A stretch of 64,000 bases of DNA, taken from contig CAWFJP010000018.1 in NCBI GenBank assembly GCA_963816145.1, positions 160,001 through 224,000 of the forward strand, given 5' to 3'. The first letter of the stretch is position 1, and each line of letters opens with the position of its first letter. Positions 54,740 to 63,322 of the stretch are shown here, in pieces. The stretch comes from an uncultured delta proteobacterium. Lineage in GTDB: Bacteria; Desulfobacterota; Binatia; UBA9968. Below the pieces are notes generated by a model. That model had not been told where the DNA came from. It saw nothing but the letters and a program-made list of their open reading frames with translations, and ran no database searches. The position numbers and the translations under genes were made by a program.

Positions 54740-56391
54740 CTATCGGGCAGCGCCTGATGGACGAAGGAGATCGCGATCGACCCCTCGCCCACTGCCGACG
54801 CCACGCGCTTGATATTGCCGCCCCGGACATCGCCGACCGCGAACACTCCAGGCAGACTCGTTTCGAGAAGATGTGGAACCCTGGCGAGCGGCCAATGCGC
54901 GGCAGCCAAATCCTCTGGCGATAGATCCGGGCCCGTCTTGATAAATCCTTTCGCATCGAGCGCGACGCAGCCTCGAAAGCCACTGGTGCCGGGAACTGCA
55001 CCGGTCATGACGAAAACATGCCTTATGTCGTGGGTCTCGATGTTACCGGTCTCGATGATCGCGCCAGCGCACGCGTTCGAGATGATTATTCCCTTCGAGG
55101 GCGACGATTTCGGTGTTGGTTCTGAGGACAATGGCCGGATTCTGTTCGATCCGACGAATCAGATAGCGCGACATGCTCTCGCGCCAGCCCGTTCGCCCGC
55201 ACGAGCATATGCACACGCTTCGCGGTCTGAGCCAGAAACACCGCGGCCTGGCCGGCCGAGTTCCCGCCGCCGACGACAACGACTTCTTCGTTTCGGCACA
55301 ACTGCGCTTCCATGAACGTCGCGCCGTAGTATACGCCCGCGTTCTCGAACTGCGGCAAATTCTCGATGGACGGTTTCCGATACGCGGCACCGGTGGCGAT
55401 GATAACGGTGCGCGCTGAATACGCGTACATCGTCGTCGATCTCAATGGCGTAGGGCTTGCGGTCGCACACGAGGCGTTTGGCGTCCTTCGCGATCATCAC
55501 CTGGGCGCCGAACTTCTGCGCCTGGGTGTACGCCCGTCCGGCGAGCGCTTGACCCGAGATCCCGGTCGGAAAGCCCAGATAGTTCTCGATCTTCGAGCTG
55601 GAACCGGCCTGCCCGCCTGGCGAGTTGGTCTCCAGCACCAAGACATCGAGTCCCTCCGATGCGGCGTACACGGCCGCGGCCAGTCCCGCAGGTCCCGCGC
55701 CGACGACGATCACATCCCGTATCTGGGTCTGGTCGATGGCCTCATTGAAGCCGAGGCATGCCGCGATCTGCTGGTTGGATGGATTGCGCAGCACCATCTC
55801 GCCACGGCAGATCAGCACGGGAACATCTGCGGCAGTGACCTGAAACCGATCGAGTAATTCCTGGACCTCGGCGTCGCGGTCGAGATCGATGTACGAGTAT
55901 GGATGGGCGTTGCGCGTCAGGAACTCTTTGACGCGCAGCGTTCCGGAGCAATGGTTAGAGCCAAGGAGCACCACGTCGCCAAGCCCGTGGGCGATCAGCT
56001 CCACCCGGCGCAGGATGAAAGCGCGCATGATCAGCTCGCTGAGCTCGCTATCGGTCTGCACCAGCGCCAGCAATTGTTCGCGATCGAGCTCGATCACTTC
56101 AGACGGCTCGCTGGCGCGGGATCGTACAAGCGCTGGGCGGCCCGAAAGCATGTTGACCTCGCCGGTAAAGTGGCCCGCTTCATGGACCACGACGAGAGTC
56201 TCGCTGTTGCCGGACGGCCGAACAACTTCGATCCGACCCGCGGTGACGACGAAGAACGGTACGATGCGCGCTCCGGCCTCGACCAGCAACTCGCCGGCTC
56301 GGATCGAACGTACATGCCCATGAGCGGCGATCCGTTTTATCTGCGCCGGCGTCAAGGTCGGAAACGTGCGCTCGGCACCCGAGGCAAGCAT
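54740..56391 (-). CDS. cNMP-binding-domain thioredoxin-reductase-like flavoprotein; several frameshifts (about 55418, 55181, 55052 and the stop)
   Basis: cNMP domain (FTGEVNMLSGRP); GAGPAGLAAAVY, IENYLGFPTGISG, GGGNSAGQAA and GDVRGGNIKRVASAVGEG spread over four frames. Confidence 0.82.
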
Positions 56392-56459
56392 CGATGCCAG
56401 AGGAAGAACTGCATTCAGTCATTGGAGATGCACCGTTATCGATTGCATTGGCATTCCGA

Positions 56460-57479
56460 CTATCCCATCGTCAGCACCGCGCGAAACCGCGCCTTGCCGC
56501 TCATCATGTGCTCGTATCCTTCGGCCGCTCGCTCCAGCGGAAATACTTCATTCATGGGCCGCACGCCGGTGAGCAGGCTGAAAGAAAGCGTATCCTGCGA
56601 GTCAATCGAGCAGCCGGAAGGCCAACCCAAGATCGAACGTCTACCCAGGAGCAGCGGAATCCCAGACACTTGGAGCGGCTCAGCCGCGGCACCCAGGATG
56701 ACTAATTTTCCGTTGACGCCGAGACCGCCCAATGTCGCGCTCATCGCGTCGCCATTCGTCACCGTCGCGAGGACGACCTTGGCGCCGCCCAACTTCAGCA
56801 GTTCCGCGGCGGGGTCTTGCGCTTTACTATCGATGTAAGACCAAGCCCCGAGCTTTCGTGCCAGCGGCTCCTTGTCCATGCCGCGTGCGATGGCAACGGT
56901 CCGAAAACCCATTTTCGCGGCGAACTGCACGCCCAGGTGGCCGAGACCGCCGATGCCGAGTATGGCGACCAGATCGCCGGGCCGCGCGCCGCTGTTGCGC
57001 AGAGGATTAAAAGTGGTGACTCCCGCACACATCAGCGGTCCTGCTTCGACCGCTGAAAGTCCTTCCGGAATTGATGCCAGTGCACCCGCGGGAGCGATCA
57101 TGTATTCGGCGTAGCCGCCGTCATAGGCGATGCCGGGAACTTTGGGCGCGACCTGGCAGGTGACAAAGTCGCCACGGCGGCAAGAGTCGCAATAGCCGCA
57201 ATGTCCGCCATGCCAACCGACACCGACGCGTTGACCCACCGTCCAGCCCACGACACCGGCACCGAGCGCGTCGATGACGCCGGCGACTTCATGACCGGGA
57301 ACGCGCGGATACTCGATGCCCGGCCACAAGCCTTCCTTGGTCATGGCGTCGCTGTGGCAGATGCCGCAGGCCTCAACCTTTATCCGTGCCGAACCGGTGC
57401 CGGGTTGCGGAATATCGCGTTCGACAATTTCAAAGGGTCCCTTGGGGCGAGTAATTTGAGCGACGCGCATCTTTGACAT
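56460..57479 (-). CDS. Zinc-dependent alcohol dehydrogenase (AdhP-like)
   Basis: CGICHSD, GHEVAG, CGYCDSCRRGDFVTC and GIGGLG motifs. Confidence 0.93.
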   Translation of the reverse strand: MSKMRVAQITRPKGPFEIVERDIPQPGTGSARIKVEACGICHSDAMTKEGLWPGIEYPRVPGHEVAGVIDALGAGVVGWTVGQRVGVGWHGGHCGYCDSCRRGDFVTCQVAPKVPGIAYDGGYAEYMIAPAGALASIPEGLSAVEAGPLMCAGVTTFNPLRNSGARPGDLVAILGIGGLGHLGVQFAAKMGFRTVAIARGMDKEPLARKLGAWSYIDSKAQDPAAELLKLGGAKVVLATVTNGDAMSATLGGLGVNGKLVILGAAAEPLQVSGIPLLLGRRSILGWPSGCSIDSQDTLSFSLLTGVRPMNEVFPLERAAEGYEHMMSGKARFRAVLTMG

Positions 57480-57525
57480 AGTTCCTCCGATCGTAAATCT
57501 TTCTGCGACTCGGATATGTGGATGC

Positions 57526-58359
57526 TCACTCCTTGATGAACGCGAGCAGATCTGCGTTGATTTGATCCTTGTGCGTCGAGCACATTCCATGCGGTAATCC
57601 GGGATAGACTTTCAACATGGAACCCTTCACGAGCTTGGAAGACAACATGGCCGAAGCGCCGATCGGTACGATCTGGTCGTCGTCACCGTGCATGATCAAG
57701 GTCGGCACGTCGAACTTCTTGAGATCCTCGGTGAGATCGGTCTCGGAAAACGCCTTGATGCAAAAGTAGGAGGCCGGAAAACCGGCCATCATCCCCTGGA
57801 GCCAAAACGATTCGCGCACGCCCTCCGAGATTTTTGCTCCCGGCCGGTTGTAACCATAGAAGGGCAGAGTCAAATCCTTCCAAAACTGCGAGCGATCGGC
57901 AAGCACACCAGCACGAATTTGGTCGAATGCAGCCATCGGGAGGCCGCCGGGATTGGCCGCCGTCTTCAGCATCAGCGGCGGCACCGCGCCGATCAGCACC
58001 GTCTTGGCCACACGCTTGGTGCCGTGCCGGCCGATATAGCGCGCGACCTCGCCGCCGCCGGTGGAGTGGCCGACGTGGATAGCGTCCTTCAAATCGAGGG
58101 CTTCGGTTAACTTGGCGAGATCGTCGGCGTAGGTGTCCATGTCGTTGCCGCTCCACGGCTGACTCGAGCGGCCGTGGCCGCGCCGGTCATGGGCGATGCA
58201 GCGGTAGCCGCGCGACGCCAGATAGAACATCTGGTCCTCCCAAGCGTCGGCGCTTAACGGCCAACCGTGGCTAAAAACCACCGGCTGCCCGCTGCCCCAA
58301 TCCTTGTAGTAAATTTGTATGTCGTTGGAATTGTCCTTGCCTACCGTGACGTAACCCAT
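57526..58359 (-). CDS. cpo: Non-heme chloroperoxidase-type alpha/beta hydrolase
   Basis: [31 protein letters not shown] and PHG motifs. Confidence 0.88.
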   Translation of the reverse strand: MGYVTVGKDNSNDIQIYYKDWGSGQPVVFSHGWPLSADAWEDQMFYLASRGYRCIAHDRRGHGRSSQPWSGNDMDTYADDLAKLTEALDLKDAIHVGHSTGGGEVARYIGRHGTKRVAKTVLIGAVPPLMLKTAANPGGLPMAAFDQIRAGVLADRSQFWKDLTLPFYGYNRPGAKISEGVRESFWLQGMMAGFPASYFCIKAFSETDLTEDLKKFDVPTLIMHGDDDQIVPIGASAMLSSKLVKGSMLKVYPGLPHGMCSTHKDQINADLLAFIKE

Positions 58360-58412
58360 GGCAAATCTCCTTCAATTAGAATTTCATATCTGGTCGGTTA
58401 TTGACGGCGGAA

Positions 58413-59345
58413 TTATGTTGGTTCGATGGATATCACTACTTTTCCGCGGCCGTGCCTCGCATTTACATTTCCCCTGTAGGCTTCCGCTGCCCGGGCGAAA
58501 GGCAACACGGCATCGACGAACGTGCGGAGCTCGCCCGCATCCAACATCGCGCCGATCCGGACCAGCTGGGATTGATTCGCTTCGACGATAAAAAAGCCCT
58601 GCTTCACATGCTCGTCGATCGTAGCTTCGCTGTCCGCGGCGATGGTGATCAGCCTCCCGCCGGGCTTGAGCACGCTCCAGGATCGAGCCAATGTTTCGCC
58701 CCCGACCGTGTCGAATATCACGTCCATTTCCCGCGCCTGTTCTTCGAAACGCACCGACTGATAATCGATGATCAGTTGAGCGCCCAACTCGGAAACGAAC
58801 GAACGATTGCGCGCCGACACAGTTGTCGTTACATGAGCGCCGTGCCTGCGAGCGAGTTGTATCGCGAAGACACCCACCGCACCGGCGCCGCCATGCACCA
58901 GCAGACGCTCGCCGGCTTGAAGCCGCGCGCGATCGAACAACCCCTGCCATGCCGTCAACGCGCCGATCGGAACCGAAGCCGCCTCGGCATGGGTCAGAGT
59001 AACCGGCTTGGGAGCGACACTGGTCGGCTGGGTGAGGCAAAATTCTGCGGTCGCGCCGTCGGCAAACCAATCGTTCATGCCGTACACTTCCTGGCCGACG
59101 GCGAAGCCGGCCGCGCCCTCGCCGATAGCCGCAACAACGCCGGAGAATTCATGCCCGGGGACCGTGCGGCTGCGCGTTTCGCCGCTTTTGTTATGGGTTG
59201 TCGGGTACCAAATCAGCTCCTTCGAGGTGACGCCCGCCGCGTGCACCCGAACCAGCAACTCTCCCTTGCCGGGTTGCGGTCGCGGCACATCTTCTTCGAC
59301 CAACACCGGTCCCTCCGCAGCATCTGACAAGCGCATCGTTCGCAT
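58413..59345 (-). CDS. NADP-dependent MDR oxidoreductase (quinone oxidoreductase-like)
   Basis: PGHEFSG, ALTAWQGLF, HGGAGAVG and GKVVI motifs. Confidence 0.9.
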   Translation of the reverse strand: MRTMRLSDAAEGPVLVEEDVPRPQPGKGELLVRVHAAGVTSKELIWYPTTHNKSGETRSRTVPGHEFSGVVAAIGEGAAGFAVGQEVYGMNDWFADGATAEFCLTQPTSVAPKPVTLTHAEAASVPIGALTAWQGLFDRARLQAGERLLVHGGAGAVGVFAIQLARRHGAHVTTTVSARNRSFVSELGAQLIIDYQSVRFEEQAREMDVIFDTVGGETLARSWSVLKPGGRLITIAADSEATIDEHVKQGFFIVEANQSQLVRIGAMLDAGELRTFVDAVLPFARAAEAYRGNVNARHGRGKVVISIEPT

Positions 59346-59366
59346 AGTTTAGCTCCGTAAATCGGC

Positions 59367-59930
59367 CTAGGAAGCGCTCGCGTTGCGCTCGACCCAGCCG
59401 GCGTATGCGGTTATGAACTTCTGCAAGAATTCCCGCGTGCTGTTATCCGAGAGCGCGCCCTTCTCGTCGAATTTGGCGGAAACGCCGCCGATATACGCCT
59501 CCGGCATTTGCAGGCACGGCATATTGAGAAAGACCAGCGATTGGCGCAGATGATGGTTGGCGCCGAATCCGCCGATCGCCCCCGGCGAAACGCTGACGAT
59601 TGCGCCCGGCTTGCCGTCCCAAACGCTTTTTCCATGGGGACGCGAGCCGACGTCGATGGCGTTCTTGAGCGGCGCGGGAACCGAGCGGTTGTATTCGGGC
59701 GTCACGAACAGCACCGCGTCGTATGCTTTCATTTGCTGGCGAAACTCCGTCCACGCCCGCGGCGGCTGGCCGTTGTCGTCAAAGTCCTGATTGTAGAGCG
59801 GCAATTGGCCGATCTCGACGATCTCCGGCTGCAGCGAGGCGGGTGCCACGGCGATCAATTCCCGAGCGACTTTCCGGTTCCACGATGCCGCGCGCAGACT
59901 GCCGACAATAACTGCAACTTGTTTTGCCAT
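59367..59930 (-). CDS. NAD(P)H-dependent FMN reductase (ChrR/YieF family)
   Basis: GSLRAASWN, TPEYNRS..LKNAIDVGSRP and SPGAIGGFGA motifs. Confidence 0.93.
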   Translation of the reverse strand: MAKQVAVIVGSLRAASWNRKVARELIAVAPASLQPEIVEIGQLPLYNQDFDDNGQPPRAWTEFRQQMKAYDAVLFVTPEYNRSVPAPLKNAIDVGSRPHGKSVWDGKPGAIVSVSPGAIGGFGANHHLRQSLVFLNMPCLQMPEAYIGGVSAKFDEKGALSDNSTREFLQKFITAYAGWVERNASAS

Positions 59931-60048
59931 GTGATTGATTCCTCATTTCCTTTCCAACAGCGGCAGCAAAATATAAATCACGATTGAACGACCCTCGGCT
60001 TTAAGCTGAGGGTCGTAAATTTGTCGACTGGAAGTCGACTTTTCTTTC

Positions 60049-60132
60049 CGTCATTCCGGCGTAGGCCGGAATCCAGATTTTTTTGGCCTTGCAGCGCTGC
60101 CGAAGATGGATGCCGGCCTGCGCCGGCATGAC
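60049..60132. repeat. GTCAT-CCGGC palindromic REP-like element, copy 3
   Basis: CGTCATTCCGGCGTAGGCCGGAATCCA...TGGATGCCGGCCTGCGCCGGCATGAC. Confidence 0.85.
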
Positions 60133-60205
60133 AAATCTTCACTCCGCGTGAAGGCACGGTTTTCGTTTATCAGCGAAACGAACATTGCACCGTCAACTCC
60201 AACGC

Positions 60206-60949
60206 TCACGCGTTGAAGCCGCCGTCGATAGTCAAACTCGCGCCGGTGACAAAGCCGGCTTCGGGGCCGGCCAGATACGCGACCATTGCCGCGATGTCGT
60301 CGGTGGAGCCGTAGTGCGGCACCGCCATGAACTTAAGCAACATCTCGGCGAAATCGCCCTTTGCCGGATTCATATCCGTGTCGATCGGACCGGGTTGCAC
60401 GTTGTTGATGGTGATGCCGCGCGGACCGAGGTCGCGCGCCAGCCCTTTGACCAGTCCGACGAGACCGGCCTTGCTCATGGCGTAGACCGCGCCGCCGGCG
60501 AACGGCATGCGTTCGGCATTGCAGCTGCCGATGTTGATGATGCGCCCGCCCGACTTCATGTGTTTCACTGCGGCCTGGGTGGCGACGAACACGGCGCGCA
60601 GGTTTACTGCCACGGTGCGGTCAAAGTCCTCTAACCGGTAGTCCTCGATCGGCGCCATCGCCGCGACGCCGGCGCTATTGACCAGGATGTCGATACCGCC
60701 GAATTCCGCAACCGTCCGCTCCACGGCAGCAGACACCGCGTTGGCATCGCTGCTGTCGGCATGAATCGCCAGCGCGTTCACGCCAAGCCCTTGGGCGGCT
60801 TTGACCGTTTCGTGCGCTTGCTCCGGTCTGCTCACATAAGTCAGCGCGACGTCGGCGCCTTCGCGGGCCAGACGTTTGGCGATGCCGGCGCCGATGCCGC
60901 GGCTGCCGCCCGTCACCAAGGCGCGCTTATTTTGCAGTGATTGGCTCAT
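60206..60949 (-). CDS. SDR oxidoreductase (BdcA/YjgI-like)
   Basis: [13 protein letters not shown] and QPGPIDTDMNP motifs; AAGGAG RBS. Confidence 0.92.
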   Translation of the reverse strand: MSQSLQNKRALVTGGSRGIGAGIAKRLAREGADVALTYVSRPEQAHETVKAAQGLGVNALAIHADSSDANAVSAAVERTVAEFGGIDILVNSAGVAAMAPIEDYRLEDFDRTVAVNLRAVFVATQAAVKHMKSGGRIINIGSCNAERMPFAGGAVYAMSKAGLVGLVKGLARDLGPRGITINNVQPGPIDTDMNPAKGDFAEMLLKFMAVPHYGSTDDIAAMVAYLAGPEAGFVTGASLTIDGGFNA

Positions 60950-60981
60950 TGAAGTTCTCTCCTTGCGGAATTGGATATTCC

Positions 60982-61055
60982 TCTCGCCAAGGCGCCAAGA
61001 ACGCCAAGTTCGGATCGACATTTTTCTTTGCGGGCCTTGCGTCTTTGCGAAAGAT
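60982..61055. repeat. Inverted repeat of CGCCAAG/CTTTGCG units
   Basis: CGCCAAGGCGCCAAGAACGCCAAG...CTTTGCGGGCCTTGCGTCTTTGCG; similar architecture at 10358-10425. Confidence 0.7.
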
Positions 61056-61076
61056 ATTCCGAAATTCGCATATAAC

Positions 61077-61514
61077 TTATTTGTCGAAAGTCGTGAGTTG
61101 CGCGCCGTCGTCGGCGGCGAAGATCGCGAGCAGGCTCGCCGACTCTTTATTGCTGGCGTTTTCGCTGACCAGATGGCGGCTCCCAGGCGGCTCGAAAAAG
61201 CTCTCGCCAGCCTTGTAGACTTTGGCCGGCCCGGTTGCGGAGTTTTCCGAGCGGATCGCCCCCGAAAGTACGTAAGCGAAGACGCTGCCGGCATGGCGAT
61301 GCGCGCCCGACTTGCCTCCGGGAGCATAGTTCACCAGGATCGCGGTAAGGTTCTTACCGGGCACGTTGCCGAGCTTCTCGGCAGATACCTGCTTGGTCTG
61401 GACGCCCACTTCTTCGCCATCGGCACTCGACAAGGTTCCGATCCAGACAGCACTGCAAAACACCAGTACGCCACTGGCCATGATCCAGCCGGAGTTTGTA
61501 AATGATCGGTTCAT
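61077..61514 (-). CDS. Secreted cupin domain protein
   Basis: Signal peptide; YAPGGKSGAHRH, YVLSG and GESFFEPPG.RH motifs. Confidence 0.9.
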   Translation of the reverse strand: MNRSFTNSGWIMASGVLVFCSAVWIGTLSSADGEEVGVQTKQVSAEKLGNVPGKNLTAILVNYAPGGKSGAHRHAGSVFAYVLSGAIRSENSATGPAKVYKAGESFFEPPGSRHLVSENASNKESASLLAIFAADDGAQLTTFDK

Positions 61515-61777
61515 GGTTTTCTCTCCTGCTCCCGGACCATCCATTCTCGTATGTAGGGCGAGCAGTGGAGCAGTTCGATGTTGTCCTCTTCGCAGGTATT
61601 GAGAAACCGCACGACCTCAACGTCCACGAGCATTACGCCATCTAGGTCCAGCGCGATGGGCGGATGATCACATTTTATTTCGGTTTTGAATTCATCGAGA
61701 TGCTCCGATCTCAGCCGACCGCTCAGACAAATGATCGTTTTTCCCTCGTCGTAAACTTTTTCAATTTTTACTGTCAT
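61511..61777 (-). CDS. STAS-like small protein
   Basis: LSGRL..EHLDE...LDLDGVMLVD.EVVRFL...CSPYIREW. Confidence 0.75.
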   Translation of the reverse strand: MTVKIEKVYDEGKTIICLSGRLRSEHLDEFKTEIKCDHPPIALDLDGVMLVDVEVVRFLNTCEEDNIELLHCSPYIREWMVREQERKP

Positions 61778-61812
61778 CTGCGATTTCGTTGCCTTGGATG
61801 GTTACACACCTG

Positions 61813-61904
61813 TGCAACGACGAGACCATCTGTAAGTATTTGAAACTTTTGCAATCAACGTGGATGCACGTGCCGAAATTTCAGCATTTGCTGAATTGTC
61901 GGCA
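61813..61904 (-). promoter_or_regulatory. sigma54 promoter plus tandem enhancer boxes
   Basis: TGGTCTCGTCGTTGCA at 61813-61828; IHF-like TAAGTATTTGAA; boxes TGCCGAAATTTCAGCA-tt-TGCTGAATTGTCGGCA at 61871-61904. Confidence 0.7.
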
Positions 61905-62071
61905 AACATTTGAAAAATCAACTGGGCTATTGATGAGCGCCGAGCCGTAGCAGAATGCGGCGATTCGAGGTTATGCAGGAAGTAAAGTTTGTAGCGGCGA
62001 AAGAAGCGACCGTGCTCCTTTTCGTGACCCGTAAATCGATTTGACCAAACCCCGGACTCGATCCAGGGCCT

Positions 62072-62134
62072 GAATCCAATTTTTCATTGCCCTTGCAGCG
62101 CTACCGAGGATAGATGCCGGCCTTCGCCGGCATG
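62072..62134. repeat. Partial GTCAT-CCGGC element, copy 4
   Basis: GAATCCA...CCTTGCAGCGCTACCGAGGATAGATGCCGGCCTTCGCCGGCATG closely matches the copy-3 spacer and right arm. Confidence 0.7.
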
Positions 62135-62373
62135 TGGGAAGAATGAAAGTGAAATTCGCCGAGGAAAGCCGATTTGGAGTTTTAGATCACGAAGTAACTC
62201 TGCCATCCGGGGTCAAGGTCTATAACCCCATGCGAGTCTTCCCAAACAACGACGGCAGTGAATTGGTTTTTTCTCTGTATCGCCGACCGGACGTGTCGGA
62301 TCAAGAGTTTGCGGATGATGCCGAGTCGGTGGAGAAGGACTTAGCGAAGTTGAAGACCTTACTTGAAAAATAA
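62134..62373 (+). pseudogene. 5'-truncated SRPBCC/polyketide cyclase-like gene
   Basis: FGVLDHEVTLPSG..YNPMRV.PN.DGSEL.F...DA..VEKDL..LK.LLE is the C-terminal part only; starts abruptly at the repeat. Confidence 0.7.
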
Positions 62374-62833
62374 ATGTCCGAGCAACGACGCCAGGGCAGA
62401 AGATTTTCAAAATCATACCTAGCGCTGCAACCGGTTGACCGGTATGCAAGAATTCAAGACCAGCTGCTTCATTCAAAGGTAGTCAAGTTGCAATTGCCTG
62501 ACCCCGCATCCCTACTCGTATCGATCCGGTCCTTTGTCCCGCTTCGCAAACGATGCGTGAATTTCATCGACGCTGCGCGAATGAAAGATCGTGCAGTTGA
62601 TGATTGATTGGTTGACGATCCGTGCCAAATCGGCAATCCTCAACGACTGACGAACTAACCGACGTTACAGCTTGGCTCAGCGTGGGGAGATCGAGTCGGA
62701 TTTGTATCGTTGTCGGCGGTTCGGTAATTCAACGCGGTCCGATGCGCAAAGTCATCGCTTCCAAATAGATCTCGCGGCGGAGTCGGGAGTTTCTGCGGAT
62801 GGAGGAGAAAGGGCAAGTGAGAAAACCGCAACT

Positions 62834-63088
62834 CTAAACTTCTGGTGCGACGCTCAGCGCATCTTCGATGAAAGGCGCCGCCTCTGGATAGACCCGTTTC
62901 GCAGTTTCAAGGAGCAGCTTCGCCTCAACCAAGTCACACAAGATATCGACGGTTGGCGGCTCCTCGCTGTTTTGGGACGTGGCGACGATATTATTTTTGA
63001 GGACCGTATATTCGGGAGAGGTAATATCGCACGCCGCTACGAACAGGTCGTAGTGCTCAGGCGGCAGTTGGATCATCAGGCTCGTCAC
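62834..63088 (-). CDS. Hypothetical protein
   Basis: 84-aa ORF between two diverged direct repeats. Confidence 0.55.
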   Translation of the reverse strand: MTSLMIQLPPEHYDLFVAACDITSPEYTVLKNNIVATSQNSEEPPTVDILCDLVEAKLLLETAKRVYPEAAPFIEDALSVAPEV

Positions 63089-63174
63089 TCGTTGAAGCTA
63101 GAAACTTTTCAGTGAAACTACAAGTGCCGGTCGCGATCGAGTCGGCTCTGGACAGTTGCCGGCGGTACGAAGAG

Positions 63175-63285
63175 TCAACGGGGGCCGATGCGCAGGCTCT
63201 TCGTGGCCAGATAGATCTCGCGCCGGAACCACAGCAAGCCAAGAAAGAAACTCAACATCGCCGCAATGAACAGTAAAGCCAGCGG
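63175..63285 (-). pseudogene. 3' fragment of a DUF2721-like membrane protein gene
   Basis: PLALLFIAAMLSFFLGLLWFRREIYLATKSLRIGPR*; a shorter second copy lies at 62729-62782. Confidence 0.55.
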
Positions 63286-63322
63286 CGGTTGGTTGATTGA
63301 CAGTTCTTACCGTCCGGCCGAC

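Noticed and set aside
54457-55131. Natural TrxB-UBP zinc finger fusion ORF
   Set aside because: An out-of-frame TAG, an AGGAGG RBS and an ATG sit at the junction in an indel-rich stretch; two genes with a lost stop is more likely.
60950-61327. N-terminal extension of the SDR ORF 60206-61327
   Set aside because: It overlaps the cupin gene out of frame and crosses a repeat; the RBS supports a start at 60949.
62611-62627. Additional sigma54 promoter (TGGCACGGATCGTCA on the minus strand)
   Set aside because: The -24 element matches but the -12 TTGC is absent and no intact gene follows.
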